A DNA stretch of 64,000 bases, from the IMG/VR virus record IMGVR_UViG_3300048691_000203, positions 275 through 64,274 of that record, one strand, 5' to 3'. Shown piece by piece: positions 1 to 11,343 of the stretch. The stretch's first letter is position 1. Each line of letters starts with the position of its first letter. The notes beneath the pieces were generated by a model. It ran no database searches, was not told where the DNA came from, and saw only the letters and a list, made by a program, of their open reading frames with translations. The DNA is from a virus. Its lineage: Duplodnaviria; Caudoviricetes. The position numbers and the translations under genes are program-made.

Positions 1-11
1 ACTACACCAAA

Positions 12-383
12 TTGCGTACTTTATACCGCGGGTTCTCGCTACACGAATTCCGCCAAAATCACACAACTAAGTTGGTAAATTTAGACTTAGTCAAAATGAA
101 TTTATTGACGCACATATACACAAGTAAGGGCGAAAGACTTATGATGTCAAAATTCGGAACAAGAATACCAGGTTTATTGTTTGAACAAATGACTCGTGAA
201 GTAGTAGATGTAATCCGAGAGGACTTGACGTATGTATGCAACTACGACCCCCGTGTGCACTTAAAGAAAATCAATATTACACCTAACTGGGATGCGCACT
301 CCATACTTGCAGAATTATCGCTCTACTACGTAGAGCTGGACATGACTGATGTCCTCGAGCTCAACTTGGAATTCAACAAGTAA
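12..383 (+). CDS. Baseplate wedge subunit, T4 gp25/gpW-like
   Basis: Family motifs 'T.KGERLM...FGT.I..LLFE' and 'YDPRV.L'; lies upstream of a gp6-like gene. TTG start is uncertain because the frame is open to the window edge. Confidence 0.8.
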   Translation: MRTLYRGFSLHEFRQNHTTKLVNLDLVKMNLLTHIYTSKGERLMMSKFGTRIPGLLFEQMTREVVDVIREDLTYVCNYDPRVHLKKINITPNWDAHSILAELSLYYVELDMTDVLELNLEFNK

Positions 384-398
384 GACGCACATACTTCC

Positions 399-554
399 AG
401 TTGCAGAGTTATTTCGTTTCACTACATAACCAGCAACTTACAGTCCTACCGGCACATTTCTATTAGTTTCACTGCACTTCGTTACGTTAAACTAATAGAA
501 ATCCACCTTCGGAAGCAATTTTTGGAATTAGGCTTACTGCTTTTGATTCCAAAA
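399..554. repeat. Three consecutive inverted repeats (stem-loops) in the gp25-gp6 intergenic region
   Basis: AGTTGC..GTTAT/ATAAC..GCAACT (399-438); ATTTCTATTAGTTT/AAACTAATAGAAAT (456-469/489-502, 14 bp perfect); TTTTGGAAT/ATTCCAAAA (520-528/546-554). Confidence 0.75.
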
Positions 555-635
555 CAGAGAGATAAATAGGACTCACGCCGTAAGCACTTGGGTCCAACCT
601 GGGTGTAGATCAAGTTCATACCAACTACAACTAAT

Positions 636-3600
636 ATGCCTGCTGCCTTAAACACAAACTTTGCTGAACAATGGCAATCAACGTACGATGTGCTCAAGAA
701 GACTATTTCTTATAAACAATTTGACTTCGACCAGGTAAAGCAGGTATTGATAAGTTATTTGCGAACTTATCACCCAGAGTACTTCAATAATCTCATTGAA
801 ACAGATGAGATGTTACCACTAATCGAGTTATTTGCTTATGTAGGGGAACTATTTGCTTATAGGGTAGATGTAAACACCCAAGAGCACATATTGCAATCTG
901 CTACTCGTAAGTCTTCAGTGCTCCAACTAGCGGCGATGATGGGGTATACCCCATCTCGGAGGCAAGCGGCTACTGGATTAGTCAAGATTGATAGCCTAGC
1001 AACAACTGAGTCCATCCTAGATCAACAGGGTACAGATATTCGGAATAAGGTAACAAAATGGAATGATCCGAGTAATCCAAATTGGCAACTGCAATTTGAA
1101 CTCATACTGAACAAGATTGTTAACAACAGGATTGGTGTGGTATCCGACTCAGATAAATTAAACCTGGACGGAACCATTGTTGAAAAGTATTCGCTCAATA
1201 CTGCTAACCAGACCAATGGTGTATATCGGTATACCATTGGTCTAGATAAAGCCAACTTGGCAATGGAGTTGGTCCCAGTTCAATTAACGACCAACTCCAT
1301 TTTGGAATATCCGGCGGGTGGCGATCGGGCAGTTGACATTCTCAAGCTCAATGATGGATTTGGGGTAGCATCTCGAAACACAGGATACTTCTTCCTCACT
1401 AAACAGGGCCGCCTGTCCCCAACTACGTTGTTTTTTGATGGCGCCGCCGTTAATCATACGGAAGCGATCCGACAAAGTGCTATCAATGATACTGACGTGT
1501 GGTTAACTGAGGTCGATGCGATTGGAAACACCACAACGCACTGGACTCGGGTTGATAATATTGCGTACAACAGTCCCAAAAATGATCGAAATGTGTTCCA
1601 GGTCGAAACGCTTGAAAACGACAACATACAGTTAGTGTTTGGTGATGGAAACTATTCAAATGTACCAAGTGGCTCCTTTGTGTTGTGGGCCCGTTCTAGT
1701 GAATCGCTCAGTGCATCTATTCCAGTTTCTGCAATCCAAAAACGCACAGTATTGTTTGAATATCAAGACTTGTATGGGAATCGCCAAACGTGTACAATAG
1801 TATTCTCACTGACTACTCCGATTGAGAATCAAGCTGAACCCGAATCTATCCAAAAAATCCAGCAGGCGGTTCCTGGTGTATACTACACTCAAGATCGGAT
1901 GGTCAATGCCCAGGATCATGAGGGCTACCTTCTCCAAGATTCTTCGATTGTTAAAATCAAGGCTGTAAACCGGAGTTTCACAGGACAGTCCAAATATTCT
2001 GGTTGGAATGATAGCTCAGAAGTGTATGAGAATGTCAAGATTTTTGGTAATGATGGTGTGTTGTACTTCCAACCCACAACTAAGATTCGCGAAGTTCTCA
2101 ACCCCAACAACAGCATATCTTTACAGGCTTTTGTGTCTGCGAATGTAGATCCTTTGCTCGCTGCTCCTGATATGTGGTTAGGGGTTGCACAGCGGATTGG
2201 GTACACTCCACGTGTCCGCACATTTTTAAATACTCTCGAACAATCCCAATTAATCAATTCACTAAAACTACTAGCTAGTGGCGGTAGCGTTGGATTCAGG
2301 TGGGAAGATGAAACGCTCACGTGGGTAATTGGACTAAATTTGTATGGGCCCCGTGATTTAACCATAACAACATCCACTAGTGCTCGAGGTTGGGTAATTA
2401 CCATAAATGCTGCATCGACCGTTTTCTCGAGTTCGACTACCAAATTTTGGAACTATTCGCTTGGATCTCAGTTGGATTATGACACTCTGTTACCTACAAA
2501 TGATAGAATCACCATACTTAAAGCAAATGTGAATCGATCTCGAACTGGTGTGCTACCATCCGATATCCGATATCGCATTGCAGGCAATATGTTGCCGCTA
2601 ACATCACTTCCAAATCAAACCACAGTCGATCTATCTAAGGTGGAGTTGATTGGTTCGGATGCTAATGGAGATGGGTTTCCAGAAGACTTTACAGCTCAGA
2701 GCATACTAAATTCTATCTATACTTTTTCAGTTGAACCCAACGCAGCTAACGTCACACTCACACTTCCTGTGACATACCTCCATGGTCGTGGTGACATATT
2801 ATCAGTGATCGGCAACAATGCTCTTGTTGATTGGAATGAGGATTCGGCCACGCTAAACGGCCAGCTATCATCAGCTATTGTGCTGCCTGCAACAACTATC
2901 AATACTCTGATTACAATCACTGTAAAGGATTTCGTATACCTATCTCGCCCAAACATCAATTCTGAATTTACCATCCAGCGCGATACAGACCAAATACGAC
3001 AAAATTTTATCTACGACACCGCCGGTGTGTTGTATAAACGCTACCCAGGCCGCCAAAACCTGAACTTTCTCTGGGAACATTATTCTGATTCGTTTAATTT
3101 AATTGATCCTGTTCGGACAAATATCAATGATTTGTATATCGTAACTAAGCGGTATTATGTGGATACGCTGAACTGGCTTCAATTAGATGCACCCAAGCCG
3201 GAAGTGCCGTCATATTTCCAGTTGAAATCTGCTTACTCTGAGTACCTAAAGAATTCGATGATGTCTGATGAGGTTATCCTCCGCCCCGGCAAGTTTAAAA
3301 TATTGTACGGTAAGAATGCCCAACCTCAAGCTCGAGCTAAAATCCAACTCATTGTACAAAATGCTACGTCATCAGCAGACTCAGTGAAGGCGGATGTGAT
3401 TGCGCTGATTCGCCAGTACTTTGACATCACAAATATTGCTTTTGGAGACCAATTGTTTTTCTCAAGCCTGGCTACATATGTTCAGACCAATTCTAAGTAC
3501 AATATCCAATCGATGCTGTTGGTTCCGCTGTATCCAGAATTTCAGTTTGGTGATTTGTATCAGATGCAGAGCTCTCCAGATGAAGTGTTCATCGCTGATG

Positions 3601-3659
3601 TCACATCCGCCGACATACAATTGGTAGACACCCTATCAGCATCTAACCTGAGGCAGTAA
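636..3659 (+). CDS. Baseplate wedge protein, T4 gp6-like
   Basis: N-terminal 'FDFDQVKQ.L..YL...LIELFAYVGE', 'A..MGY.P', 'LVFGDG' and 'QDRMVNAQD' are gp6-family hallmarks. Confidence 0.8.
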   Translation: MPAALNTNFAEQWQSTYDVLKKTISYKQFDFDQVKQVLISYLRTYHPEYFNNLIETDEMLPLIELFAYVGELFAYRVDVNTQEHILQSATRKSSVLQLAAMMGYTPSRRQAATGLVKIDSLATTESILDQQGTDIRNKVTKWNDPSNPNWQLQFELILNKIVNNRIGVVSDSDKLNLDGTIVEKYSLNTANQTNGVYRYTIGLDKANLAMELVPVQLTTNSILEYPAGGDRAVDILKLNDGFGVASRNTGYFFLTKQGRLSPTTLFFDGAAVNHTEAIRQSAINDTDVWLTEVDAIGNTTTHWTRVDNIAYNSPKNDRNVFQVETLENDNIQLVFGDGNYSNVPSGSFVLWARSSESLSASIPVSAIQKRTVLFEYQDLYGNRQTCTIVFSLTTPIENQAEPESIQKIQQAVPGVYYTQDRMVNAQDHEGYLLQDSSIVKIKAVNRSFTGQSKYSGWNDSSEVYENVKIFGNDGVLYFQPTTKIREVLNPNNSISLQAFVSANVDPLLAAPDMWLGVAQRIGYTPRVRTFLNTLEQSQLINSLKLLASGGSVGFRWEDETLTWVIGLNLYGPRDLTITTSTSARGWVITINAASTVFSSSTTKFWNYSLGSQLDYDTLLPTNDRITILKANVNRSRTGVLPSDIRYRIAGNMLPLTSLPNQTTVDLSKVELIGSDANGDGFPEDFTAQSILNSIYTFSVEPNAANVTLTLPVTYLHGRGDILSVIGNNALVDWNEDSATLNGQLSSAIVLPATTINTLITITVKDFVYLSRPNINSEFTIQRDTDQIRQNFIYDTAGVLYKRYPGRQNLNFLWEHYSDSFNLIDPVRTNINDLYIVTKRYYVDTLNWLQLDAPKPEVPSYFQLKSAYSEYLKNSMMSDEVILRPGKFKILYGKNAQPQARAKIQLIVQNATSSADSVKADVIALIRQYFDITNIAFGDQLFFSSLATYVQTNSKYNIQSMLLVPLYPEFQFGDLYQMQSSPDEVFIADVTSADIQLVDTLSASNLRQ

Positions 3660-3739
3660 CCCAACATAAATAGTAATACTCCACCGTCCCGCCCTGGTAT
3701 CCCCTAGCGGCACGCCAATCTCTGTAGGTATTTCCCAGT

Positions 3740-6700
3740 ATGTTTGAAGAATATGGTAGTGACTATAAACGCCCAAATCTAGATCTAGACACGTTACTGC
3801 CCGCCGTCAACAGATCAGAAGTATCTAAGAGTATACTATCTACGCTTTTTCAGCGGTGGCTAACCAAGCCTGAAGTTGTTGGTGTGTCAGGAACAATTGG
3901 ATTCCCACTATCCAACATCTCAGATGCAATACTAGAGTCTACCACTGGCAGACAAGCTTATCAACTCTCGCCAGTATATCAAGTTACGTATGGCACAGAA
4001 GATACAATCTACAACTGGACCGACATTCTTCGTAAGGCATCTCACGTTGGAGTTGACCCAATCCGATACTCCAGTTGGGGTGCTGTTAATCAGTTGAATT
4101 TTGCACCCCCAATCAACCTATCCAAATTTCTTGATTACTCGGGGTACTACTGGGTCAATCGAGCGAATGTAGTTGAACTACCTGATTATGTCACTATAAC
4201 AAAAACCTCCACACAAAGTGATCCGTGGAGTTTACAGAACCATTGGTACACCCGAGCTGAAGTTGAATCTCCGTATGAGCACGGACTTACTACCAACCCA
4301 TACGAAACGTGGACAGGCATCGCTAAACAAGCCGTATATCCCATTATCGAGTTTGAAGATGTTGAGCTGAATCAATGGGTGAAGGTAACCCGAAAATGGA
4401 ATTTTCGGCCAAATTTAGCGAGTAAGTGGACTCTGACCACAAGTGAACCGACGGATCAGGATATAGTAGACCCACTATTCACACACTTGTGGCATTTAGT
4501 TGAGGAGGCGTATAGTCCGTGTGAAAATAAAGTACTGACTGCGACACTACACACACAAATAATCAGCGTTCCTACACTGAGTCTGACGACTCCAGCATAT
4601 CTGTATGGCCAGCATAGCATTATTGTTCAAGTTGATGGTCATCGGTTTTATAATTTTATAGAGCGCGAAGAGTCTGGGTCCGCATATTCCACAGTCATTG
4701 AATTTACCAAACCAATTTCTGGTACCATCACTGTATACGTGGGAGCCCACACATCATCTGACTCACTGAGGTCTTCGGTCGTTACTACAGTGTTGGAAAC
4801 AGCATCACCATTTACCAGTACTGGTGGCACTCGGGTTGCTGGAACAATCCCTAAAAATTTAGCCAGATACTTGAATATTGGGCAAGCCAAGCAGGCTCAC
4901 TCACAACAACCCCAATTCAATCTGTATGATGTAGTATCCGATCAGGTAATTGGAGTGGGTACGATTTGGGAATATGTTAGTGATCTGAACAATGCAAAGT
5001 CTAGGCAACTCAATAAGCGCATTTGGTCATCAAACTCCAACGAAGACTTCAAGTTCACCAGTGATTTGGTTGATGATGGTGCGTTACGGACATATCACTC
5101 AGGTGGGACTCCGAGTACAATATGGAGGGGCGAGAGTACATATACTCCCAGATACGTCAATCAAAATCGGCAAGCTGAGGGTGATGTTCTTGGGTTGTTG
5201 GTACCGCCAGGCTCAGGAATTTGGGAACCGTCTCCACTACTAACCTTCAATCCCCAGCGAGAGACCCGCCAGGAGCTCAGATATAGTGAAGTTGTGCCTC
5301 ACTTCAGATCAATCTTGGATACTCAGTCTACTGGCACCACCGACTGGAGTAGTGGAGGAATTATCAAGATTGCACATGGTGGGGAATCTCACTTTGTGTC
5401 ATCGCTCCTTGCTAAACACATTGCATTACCAAACTTAATCAATTTTGCTATTGAGCAATATCACTCCGCATCGAGTTCTTTGGAACAACAGGCGATATCG
5501 CCAATGATTGAGCTACTCCTCACAAAATCTACTAGTAGATATTCTTTGGCCCGTTCAATTTACCAGGAGATAAAGGCCCAGGCTGTCGCTCGTGGCTCGA
5601 ATGATTTAATATTCCATGACACTCAAACGTATAATCCTAGTACACATGTTGGGTTTCCTAATATAGTACCTTCCCTCCCAATGCTGGGGGTAGTTACAGC
5701 GCTTCCACCATCGTTGGTGGTAGATAGTAAGTTGGGAGTTATCACGCTCCAAACTCACTCAGGGCACATTAGAAATCTTCCATCAAATAAATCACAGGTC
5801 ATCGCCGTAGTGTCTGCACTTGCAACTCAGACAACAACCTCACTAGTCGCACCACCCCCAACCGCCAACGCTCTTTGGTTAGATTCGCTAACTTCGACAC
5901 TGAAACAATTTGCAGTTGACCACTTTACTACTAATTCAGTAGAACCAGCATCATCAACTCTTGGAGCTCTTTGGTATGATGCCCCAACAAACCAGCTTAG
6001 ATCGAATACGCCGGCCGGATGGGTAGTGGTATCAAATTTAGTTGGCTGGGTTGAGTTGGATGCTACGGTAATTGTAGCAGAAGTATTGTTGGAATATGAG
6101 AAAGATTTATATGCTCGGACTCAAGAACTCCAACCCCAACTAGTTGATTGGATATCAATTCCCCAAGCAAACCCTACACTCACCAACCAATTGATATCAA
6201 AAGATTACAGCACAGCTGCAAAACATCTGAATCGGCATCCAAATCAATCAAACATCCTTACTCGCAGTTATGTACAAACAAAAGCATTCACGTGGTGGTA
6301 CGGAAATACTTTCCTAGGCGCCATAAATGCACCACATCCAGACCTGGTCGGTGTTTGGGGCAATACCACACTCGAAATCTACACCAAACTGTATGGGACA
6401 GCGCACCCTCACCTCCAACCATGGTGCATTCAAGGGTACACTGAAGAACCAAGTTGGTGGGCTCAACACTATCAAGATCACAACAAACTCCGAAGGTGGA
6501 ATCCCATAATGTGGGATAATATACATGCTGGACTCGTGCCTTCGGGTAAGGAGTTACCTAATGTGGGAATATCTACTGGAGGGGCTGGAGAAGTACGTCC
6601 ATGTGCTCGCACGTCTGTCAATACATCAAGTGTGACTACATCGGATAAAATCCAACCTGACGACTTGTTTCCTCCATATTGGATCCCCATTACAGCAACA

Positions 6701-8758
6701 GACTCCAGCGCTGATGGTGAACAATTACTGGCGAATTTGCTTGCAATTAATTCTACGGTACCTCCAGTGTCAACTGTATACGGCATCAATACAGTAACTG
6801 AGTTTACGTGGAAACAATCTATTGAGTATATCAGATCACTACTCATAAGTGCTCATTCGATTGATCCCTTGAAATTATACACCGAGATAACCCAACCAAA
6901 CTCAATTTCTGTTAATGGATTGACGATTAATCCGGACACCCACAATGTCCACTCCCAGGGGGACTTACTGCAAGGTGATGATCTTCACTTCGACCCATCA
7001 CTCCTCAGCCTGATTGTACTGTTTAGTCGATACCACACATTACTCAATGTGAATGACTCCCCATTGATGGCATGGAAGACTTGGACAACTAAGCTAGCGT
7101 ACCAGACTGGCTCCATTGTCGTACCTCAAACCCTAAAATTGTATGAAGATTGCTCTCCACTCGAAAACTACAAAATAGTGTTGAAAAAGACTGAGAATGT
7201 AAAGACTATCTCATTTTCCAATCTGATTGTATCTCTCTCTACCGCAGGATCACCACTCACAATTCCTCAGGGGGACGGCGCAGATTGGAGCTACCGGGTA
7301 GACTCCTCAGAGTCGATTGTCGAAACCCGCCGTCGATATGGAGTACTGTTGCGTTCGATGACCTGGAAACCACTACTCGGCTGTTTCGAGTTTGTAGGTA
7401 CATCTCCTTGGTTATCCGGCGAAGCCACCAAACTCACACTACCTTCGGGTGATGTGGTTGACGTGTTCATCAGAAACATCGAATCGCCGACCCCAGGAAT
7501 CTCTAGAGTTGACTTTACAAACTCAAACACCTCAGCGCTAACCCAATCTGGTGGGGCTAACTCGTATGGAACCAGTGAATTCTCAGTAGTAGTTAAATCA
7601 CTCGAATCTACATTCACGGCCGGTGATCCCCGCACCCCCAGAACTTGGGAGTACATCACACCAGATATATCAGACATTGTGACATTTGAATTCCCAGTAG
7701 TCATTACTGGGGTACAGAATCTAATAAACTTCATACACTCCTACGTCCGATTCATGGAGGATGATGGGGTTGTATTTGCTCATGGGGAAAATCCAACCCA
7801 AGATCCTGATACGCAAGAGTTTGTGGATTGGAATCAACAAGTGCGTAGATTGGTAAACACGATCTACAATTCCAATGGACTATCCAACCGCCGGTACGTG
7901 CCAGATTCATCGTACACAACTAGGCGAGTACTCGACTTGCCGTACGTTGAACTGAACCCGTTCAGAGATAGACTCTGGATCAATACTCCAGAAGGTGTGG
8001 TGTGTAATGTATATAACACACCATACACAACAGAGCTGCAATCAACTGCGTGTATATTTGATGATATCGGAGATCCAATATCCGAAGATATCGTGCCTCT
8101 GCGTACGGACCGTATCACTACACTATTCTACGAGAACCGCAAGCGTGTAGGCAATCCGATAGCGAATCAAAATAAATTTCAACACATCGGATCCGGTAAG
8201 ATTTCACTTGATTACTATGAACACGCATTATTGTTTGATCAACAGACAGTCAATGGTTTGATTGTATATGATCGGTTTTTGAATATTCAAAAACCGACTA
8301 TGCGGTTGGAGTTTCAACGAAGTATCCAACACTTCTACCGCCCAACTGTTGGTGGATTTGTGGTAACCCCATCAGAAACGCTACCGAACTTTGAGACAAC
8401 AGCACAGTATCAACGCCATGACTGGAACGTCAACAACTCAAATGAACTGATCGAATCTACAGCCGCCGTCAGGAGTGGTATGGGTAAAATGCCGCTACCG
8501 TACTTTCAAACAATTCCTGTATCATCTAAAACTGAATTTCAATTTTGGCAGAAAATGATTCGCCAGAAAGGCACTAAAGCTGTAGGTGATGTATTCACTA
8601 AACACAAGGTGTATGATCAAAATGAGGTTGATGAATATTGGGCATGGAAGTTGGGAACATTTGGAGCAGTTGCCGAGCGAACTCAAGTGTCGTTTAATAT
8701 AACTAGTGACGACCTAATTAACGATTTTTGTAACTTTAGATTCAGCACTGGAACTTGA
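3740..8758 (+). CDS. Very large baseplate/virion structural protein (gp7-like wedge of jumbo phages)
   Basis: 1672-aa ORF after gp6; motifs 'PPINLSKFLDYSGYYW', 'HPHLQPW..QGY.EEPSWW', 'MIRQKGT...EYWAWKLG.FG'; TAAATA at 3667-3672. Confidence 0.55.
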   Translation: MFEEYGSDYKRPNLDLDTLLPAVNRSEVSKSILSTLFQRWLTKPEVVGVSGTIGFPLSNISDAILESTTGRQAYQLSPVYQVTYGTEDTIYNWTDILRKASHVGVDPIRYSSWGAVNQLNFAPPINLSKFLDYSGYYWVNRANVVELPDYVTITKTSTQSDPWSLQNHWYTRAEVESPYEHGLTTNPYETWTGIAKQAVYPIIEFEDVELNQWVKVTRKWNFRPNLASKWTLTTSEPTDQDIVDPLFTHLWHLVEEAYSPCENKVLTATLHTQIISVPTLSLTTPAYLYGQHSIIVQVDGHRFYNFIEREESGSAYSTVIEFTKPISGTITVYVGAHTSSDSLRSSVVTTVLETASPFTSTGGTRVAGTIPKNLARYLNIGQAKQAHSQQPQFNLYDVVSDQVIGVGTIWEYVSDLNNAKSRQLNKRIWSSNSNEDFKFTSDLVDDGALRTYHSGGTPSTIWRGESTYTPRYVNQNRQAEGDVLGLLVPPGSGIWEPSPLLTFNPQRETRQELRYSEVVPHFRSILDTQSTGTTDWSSGGIIKIAHGGESHFVSSLLAKHIALPNLINFAIEQYHSASSSLEQQAISPMIELLLTKSTSRYSLARSIYQEIKAQAVARGSNDLIFHDTQTYNPSTHVGFPNIVPSLPMLGVVTALPPSLVVDSKLGVITLQTHSGHIRNLPSNKSQVIAVVSALATQTTTSLVAPPPTANALWLDSLTSTLKQFAVDHFTTNSVEPASSTLGALWYDAPTNQLRSNTPAGWVVVSNLVGWVELDATVIVAEVLLEYEKDLYARTQELQPQLVDWISIPQANPTLTNQLISKDYSTAAKHLNRHPNQSNILTRSYVQTKAFTWWYGNTFLGAINAPHPDLVGVWGNTTLEIYTKLYGTAHPHLQPWCIQGYTEEPSWWAQHYQDHNKLRRWNPIMWDNIHAGLVPSGKELPNVGISTGGAGEVRPCARTSVNTSSVTTSDKIQPDDLFPPYWIPITATDSSADGEQLLANLLAINSTVPPVSTVYGINTVTEFTWKQSIEYIRSLLISAHSIDPLKLYTEITQPNSISVNGLTINPDTHNVHSQGDLLQGDDLHFDPSLLSLIVLFSRYHTLLNVNDSPLMAWKTWTTKLAYQTGSIVVPQTLKLYEDCSPLENYKIVLKKTENVKTISFSNLIVSLSTAGSPLTIPQGDGADWSYRVDSSESIVETRRRYGVLLRSMTWKPLLGCFEFVGTSPWLSGEATKLTLPSGDVVDVFIRNIESPTPGISRVDFTNSNTSALTQSGGANSYGTSEFSVVVKSLESTFTAGDPRTPRTWEYITPDISDIVTFEFPVVITGVQNLINFIHSYVRFMEDDGVVFAHGENPTQDPDTQEFVDWNQQVRRLVNTIYNSNGLSNRRYVPDSSYTTRRVLDLPYVELNPFRDRLWINTPEGVVCNVYNTPYTTELQSTACIFDDIGDPISEDIVPLRTDRITTLFYENRKRVGNPIANQNKFQHIGSGKISLDYYEHALLFDQQTVNGLIVYDRFLNIQKPTMRLEFQRSIQHFYRPTVGGFVVTPSETLPNFETTAQYQRHDWNVNNSNELIESTAAVRSGMGKMPLPYFQTIPVSSKTEFQFWQKMIRQKGTKAVGDVFTKHKVYDQNEVDEYWAWKLGTFGAVAERTQVSFNITSDDLINDFCNFRFSTGT

Positions 8759-8797
8759 ATGATTAAATACACATTCTATATGAGTTAGCTAATACAC

Positions 8798-11335
8798 ATG
8801 GTTATTAATAGTAGTGGAATATTTAACTTGGGGGAAGTCCGGGAATTGCTCGGCGACACACCCTCAAGTACCACATCTCTAGGTTCGCCAGCAATTGATA
8901 CGGAGTTTGTGGTGTCAGAAATTCTGAGCACAGACCAAACTAGGTGGGTTGACTACCCAACATATGCATCCATCACATCCCCCGCCAGTTCAGGGGTAGT
9001 ATTCGACGCTGAAATTTTACCACCGACCGTATACCTGATTGATAAGAGTATTGGTGGAACCAACTTGACTACAATTGACTTTAGTTCTCGAATGGAGCAT
9101 GAGTTAATTGGAGATCAACTTGACTTGAAACTATTCAAGTTTGATGATATTCGGCGGCTGTCAGCTGTAGTAACGGTTAGTGATCAACTTCAACTCTCAT
9201 TCACATCTCACACCCCAGTAAACACAATTAATGTGACTCACGCAATAAAACTATTTGCTGGTCAGGTTGAAGTCACTGAATTCCGACTAGATGGGCTGAC
9301 GGTTGACCTGTTAGCCCCATACCCAATAGGTACTGTGCTGACGCTTGTGTTGGGGGTAGATAGTATACCTACTATTGTTCAACTAATTGAAGGAAGTGAT
9401 TACACATTAATCAACAATTCGTTAATACGCTGGCACTATAATATCGCTGATTGGGTACAATCAGCGAATATGGCATTTTTTATCATTCAACCGCAACTAC
9501 CTCAGTACTCTCGATACGCACCAATCAGAATAGTAAACAATGGGGATAAATCGATAGTCAAGACCATCAATCGGTGGGATCCAAAATTCAACCTCCACTC
9601 ATCTGTAGTATCCGAGATCGATGTCACCAGTAGTGTAGATCCAGCTGTTTACTCAGTAAACAAGACAGGAAGTACTAAGACCAATACTTGGACAAGTAAT
9701 CAGGTAGGTACGTACTGGTGGGACACTACACATAGACAATACCGCCCATATAACGACCAACACATTGCATCATTTGACCAAGGAACATCAACCTGGGGTC
9801 AAATGTATGAGGGGAGCGAAAATCAAGTATATCAATGGGTTGAGTCAAATAAGTTACCTACAGCATTGTCTGGTACAGCAACACCATACAGTAGAGTCCT
9901 ATCAAAAACTCGTGAGTTCAACGACATCACACTGTGGCAAGGGGGCACTACCAGCACAATTTTTCAAACAGTACAACCACTGAAATTTGATACTGGTCGG
10001 AGAGTATCTGTGTATGTTCGTGAAGGTACCGAATCCATAAAGTCTACACCAGGTGTAGAGTTGGGCGTCCCGCATATCTTAACCAAATTAACTCCGTCGA
10101 CATTTACACTTACTACAGAGTCTGGGGATCTGATAGTCTGCAGTACCACACTAACATCAGGCGAGTTTCGAATAGCAGACAGCGACTGGGGCCGCTACAC
10201 AAGCGTCGAGGAACCACACTACATCGAGCGATTCTATTGCTATGATAATCTGCACCACGCCTCCAACACCATCAGTCCGGTGTTTATCCCATATACTCCA
10301 GCAGTAATTGCAAGAATCAAAAAGGATGATGCAATTACCGTTTGGTTAAACGGGGTCAGCACAACGTTTACGGTAGATCAAGTCACCGCCGAGATTACAC
10401 TAACCGGCGATGCAGCAAGTACACTTAGTCCTCAAGATATTATCGATGTTGGTATACCTCAGCCAAGCCCAACCATCGCTAGGACAGATGGCGATCTACT
10501 CGATTCCAATAATTCGATTACAATTTATTTCAAAGATTTTCCGTACTCTGAACGAAATGATGGTGTTAAGTCTACCTACTACTTCTGGCTTCGCGCACAT
10601 GAGACAATCCCAGCTACCAAAGCACTCTCAACTAGCCAAGTAGAAATCCAACTAACCACTGGAGAGTCCACAAGTTTCTTCGTGTTGCGCAACCCATCGC
10701 GAGCGACTCCAACAAGTGCTTATACCTACGATGTGCTCACTACAAAGGGACTATTTGAGTTAAACTCACCAAAGCCTAATACTCATTCAATTGCAATTGA
10801 TTTCGATCCAACAATCAGAACACAGTACACATCCGAAGACCTACAGAAAGTGTCACATGATCAGTGGATCATGTTCCGCCCACAGCAGAAGAACAAAATA
10901 TTACCATTTGTTTGGCGTAAAGTTATGCAGACGATCTCAGGTATTGAACCTGACACCAACCAGGTAGTACCCAGCTCAGCTAGATCGACGTACGACTTTT
11001 TGAACAACACCCGCCTACGATTTGGTACTGGTGACGACCAAGTCTTAATAGATACTACCAAAGCTAGAGAGTTGTGGAAAGATTTTCTGATTACTAGTAG
11101 TTTTGCGGATGCGGATCGAACTGCAATCCTGGAAATATTACAACTGCCGTTAAATACATCATCTGATTATATAAGAGCTCTTACACAAATGTATCAGACC
11201 TGTGCTGTCAGCACTACAAATGACCTGGCGTTCCTTGTGTTGAATGTAGCACTATATGAAGGTAATGAGTTGAAAGATTTGATGAAGACTAGCTACATAT
11301 CACTAAACGCGTCACAAAAGATTGCAGTAGGATAA
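8798..11335 (+). CDS. Baseplate-associated virion structural protein
   Basis: 845 aa; 'DPAVY...W...QVG.YWWD', 'VYQWVES..LP', 'YYFW', C-terminal 'KTSYI'; in baseplate cluster; TAAATA at 8764-8769. Confidence 0.5.
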   Translation: MVINSSGIFNLGEVRELLGDTPSSTTSLGSPAIDTEFVVSEILSTDQTRWVDYPTYASITSPASSGVVFDAEILPPTVYLIDKSIGGTNLTTIDFSSRMEHELIGDQLDLKLFKFDDIRRLSAVVTVSDQLQLSFTSHTPVNTINVTHAIKLFAGQVEVTEFRLDGLTVDLLAPYPIGTVLTLVLGVDSIPTIVQLIEGSDYTLINNSLIRWHYNIADWVQSANMAFFIIQPQLPQYSRYAPIRIVNNGDKSIVKTINRWDPKFNLHSSVVSEIDVTSSVDPAVYSVNKTGSTKTNTWTSNQVGTYWWDTTHRQYRPYNDQHIASFDQGTSTWGQMYEGSENQVYQWVESNKLPTALSGTATPYSRVLSKTREFNDITLWQGGTTSTIFQTVQPLKFDTGRRVSVYVREGTESIKSTPGVELGVPHILTKLTPSTFTLTTESGDLIVCSTTLTSGEFRIADSDWGRYTSVEEPHYIERFYCYDNLHHASNTISPVFIPYTPAVIARIKKDDAITVWLNGVSTTFTVDQVTAEITLTGDAASTLSPQDIIDVGIPQPSPTIARTDGDLLDSNNSITIYFKDFPYSERNDGVKSTYYFWLRAHETIPATKALSTSQVEIQLTTGESTSFFVLRNPSRATPTSAYTYDVLTTKGLFELNSPKPNTHSIAIDFDPTIRTQYTSEDLQKVSHDQWIMFRPQQKNKILPFVWRKVMQTISGIEPDTNQVVPSSARSTYDFLNNTRLRFGTGDDQVLIDTTKARELWKDFLITSSFADADRTAILEILQLPLNTSSDYIRALTQMYQTCAVSTTNDLAFLVLNVALYEGNELKDLMKTSYISLNASQKIAVG

Positions 11336-11343
11336 CTAATCAA

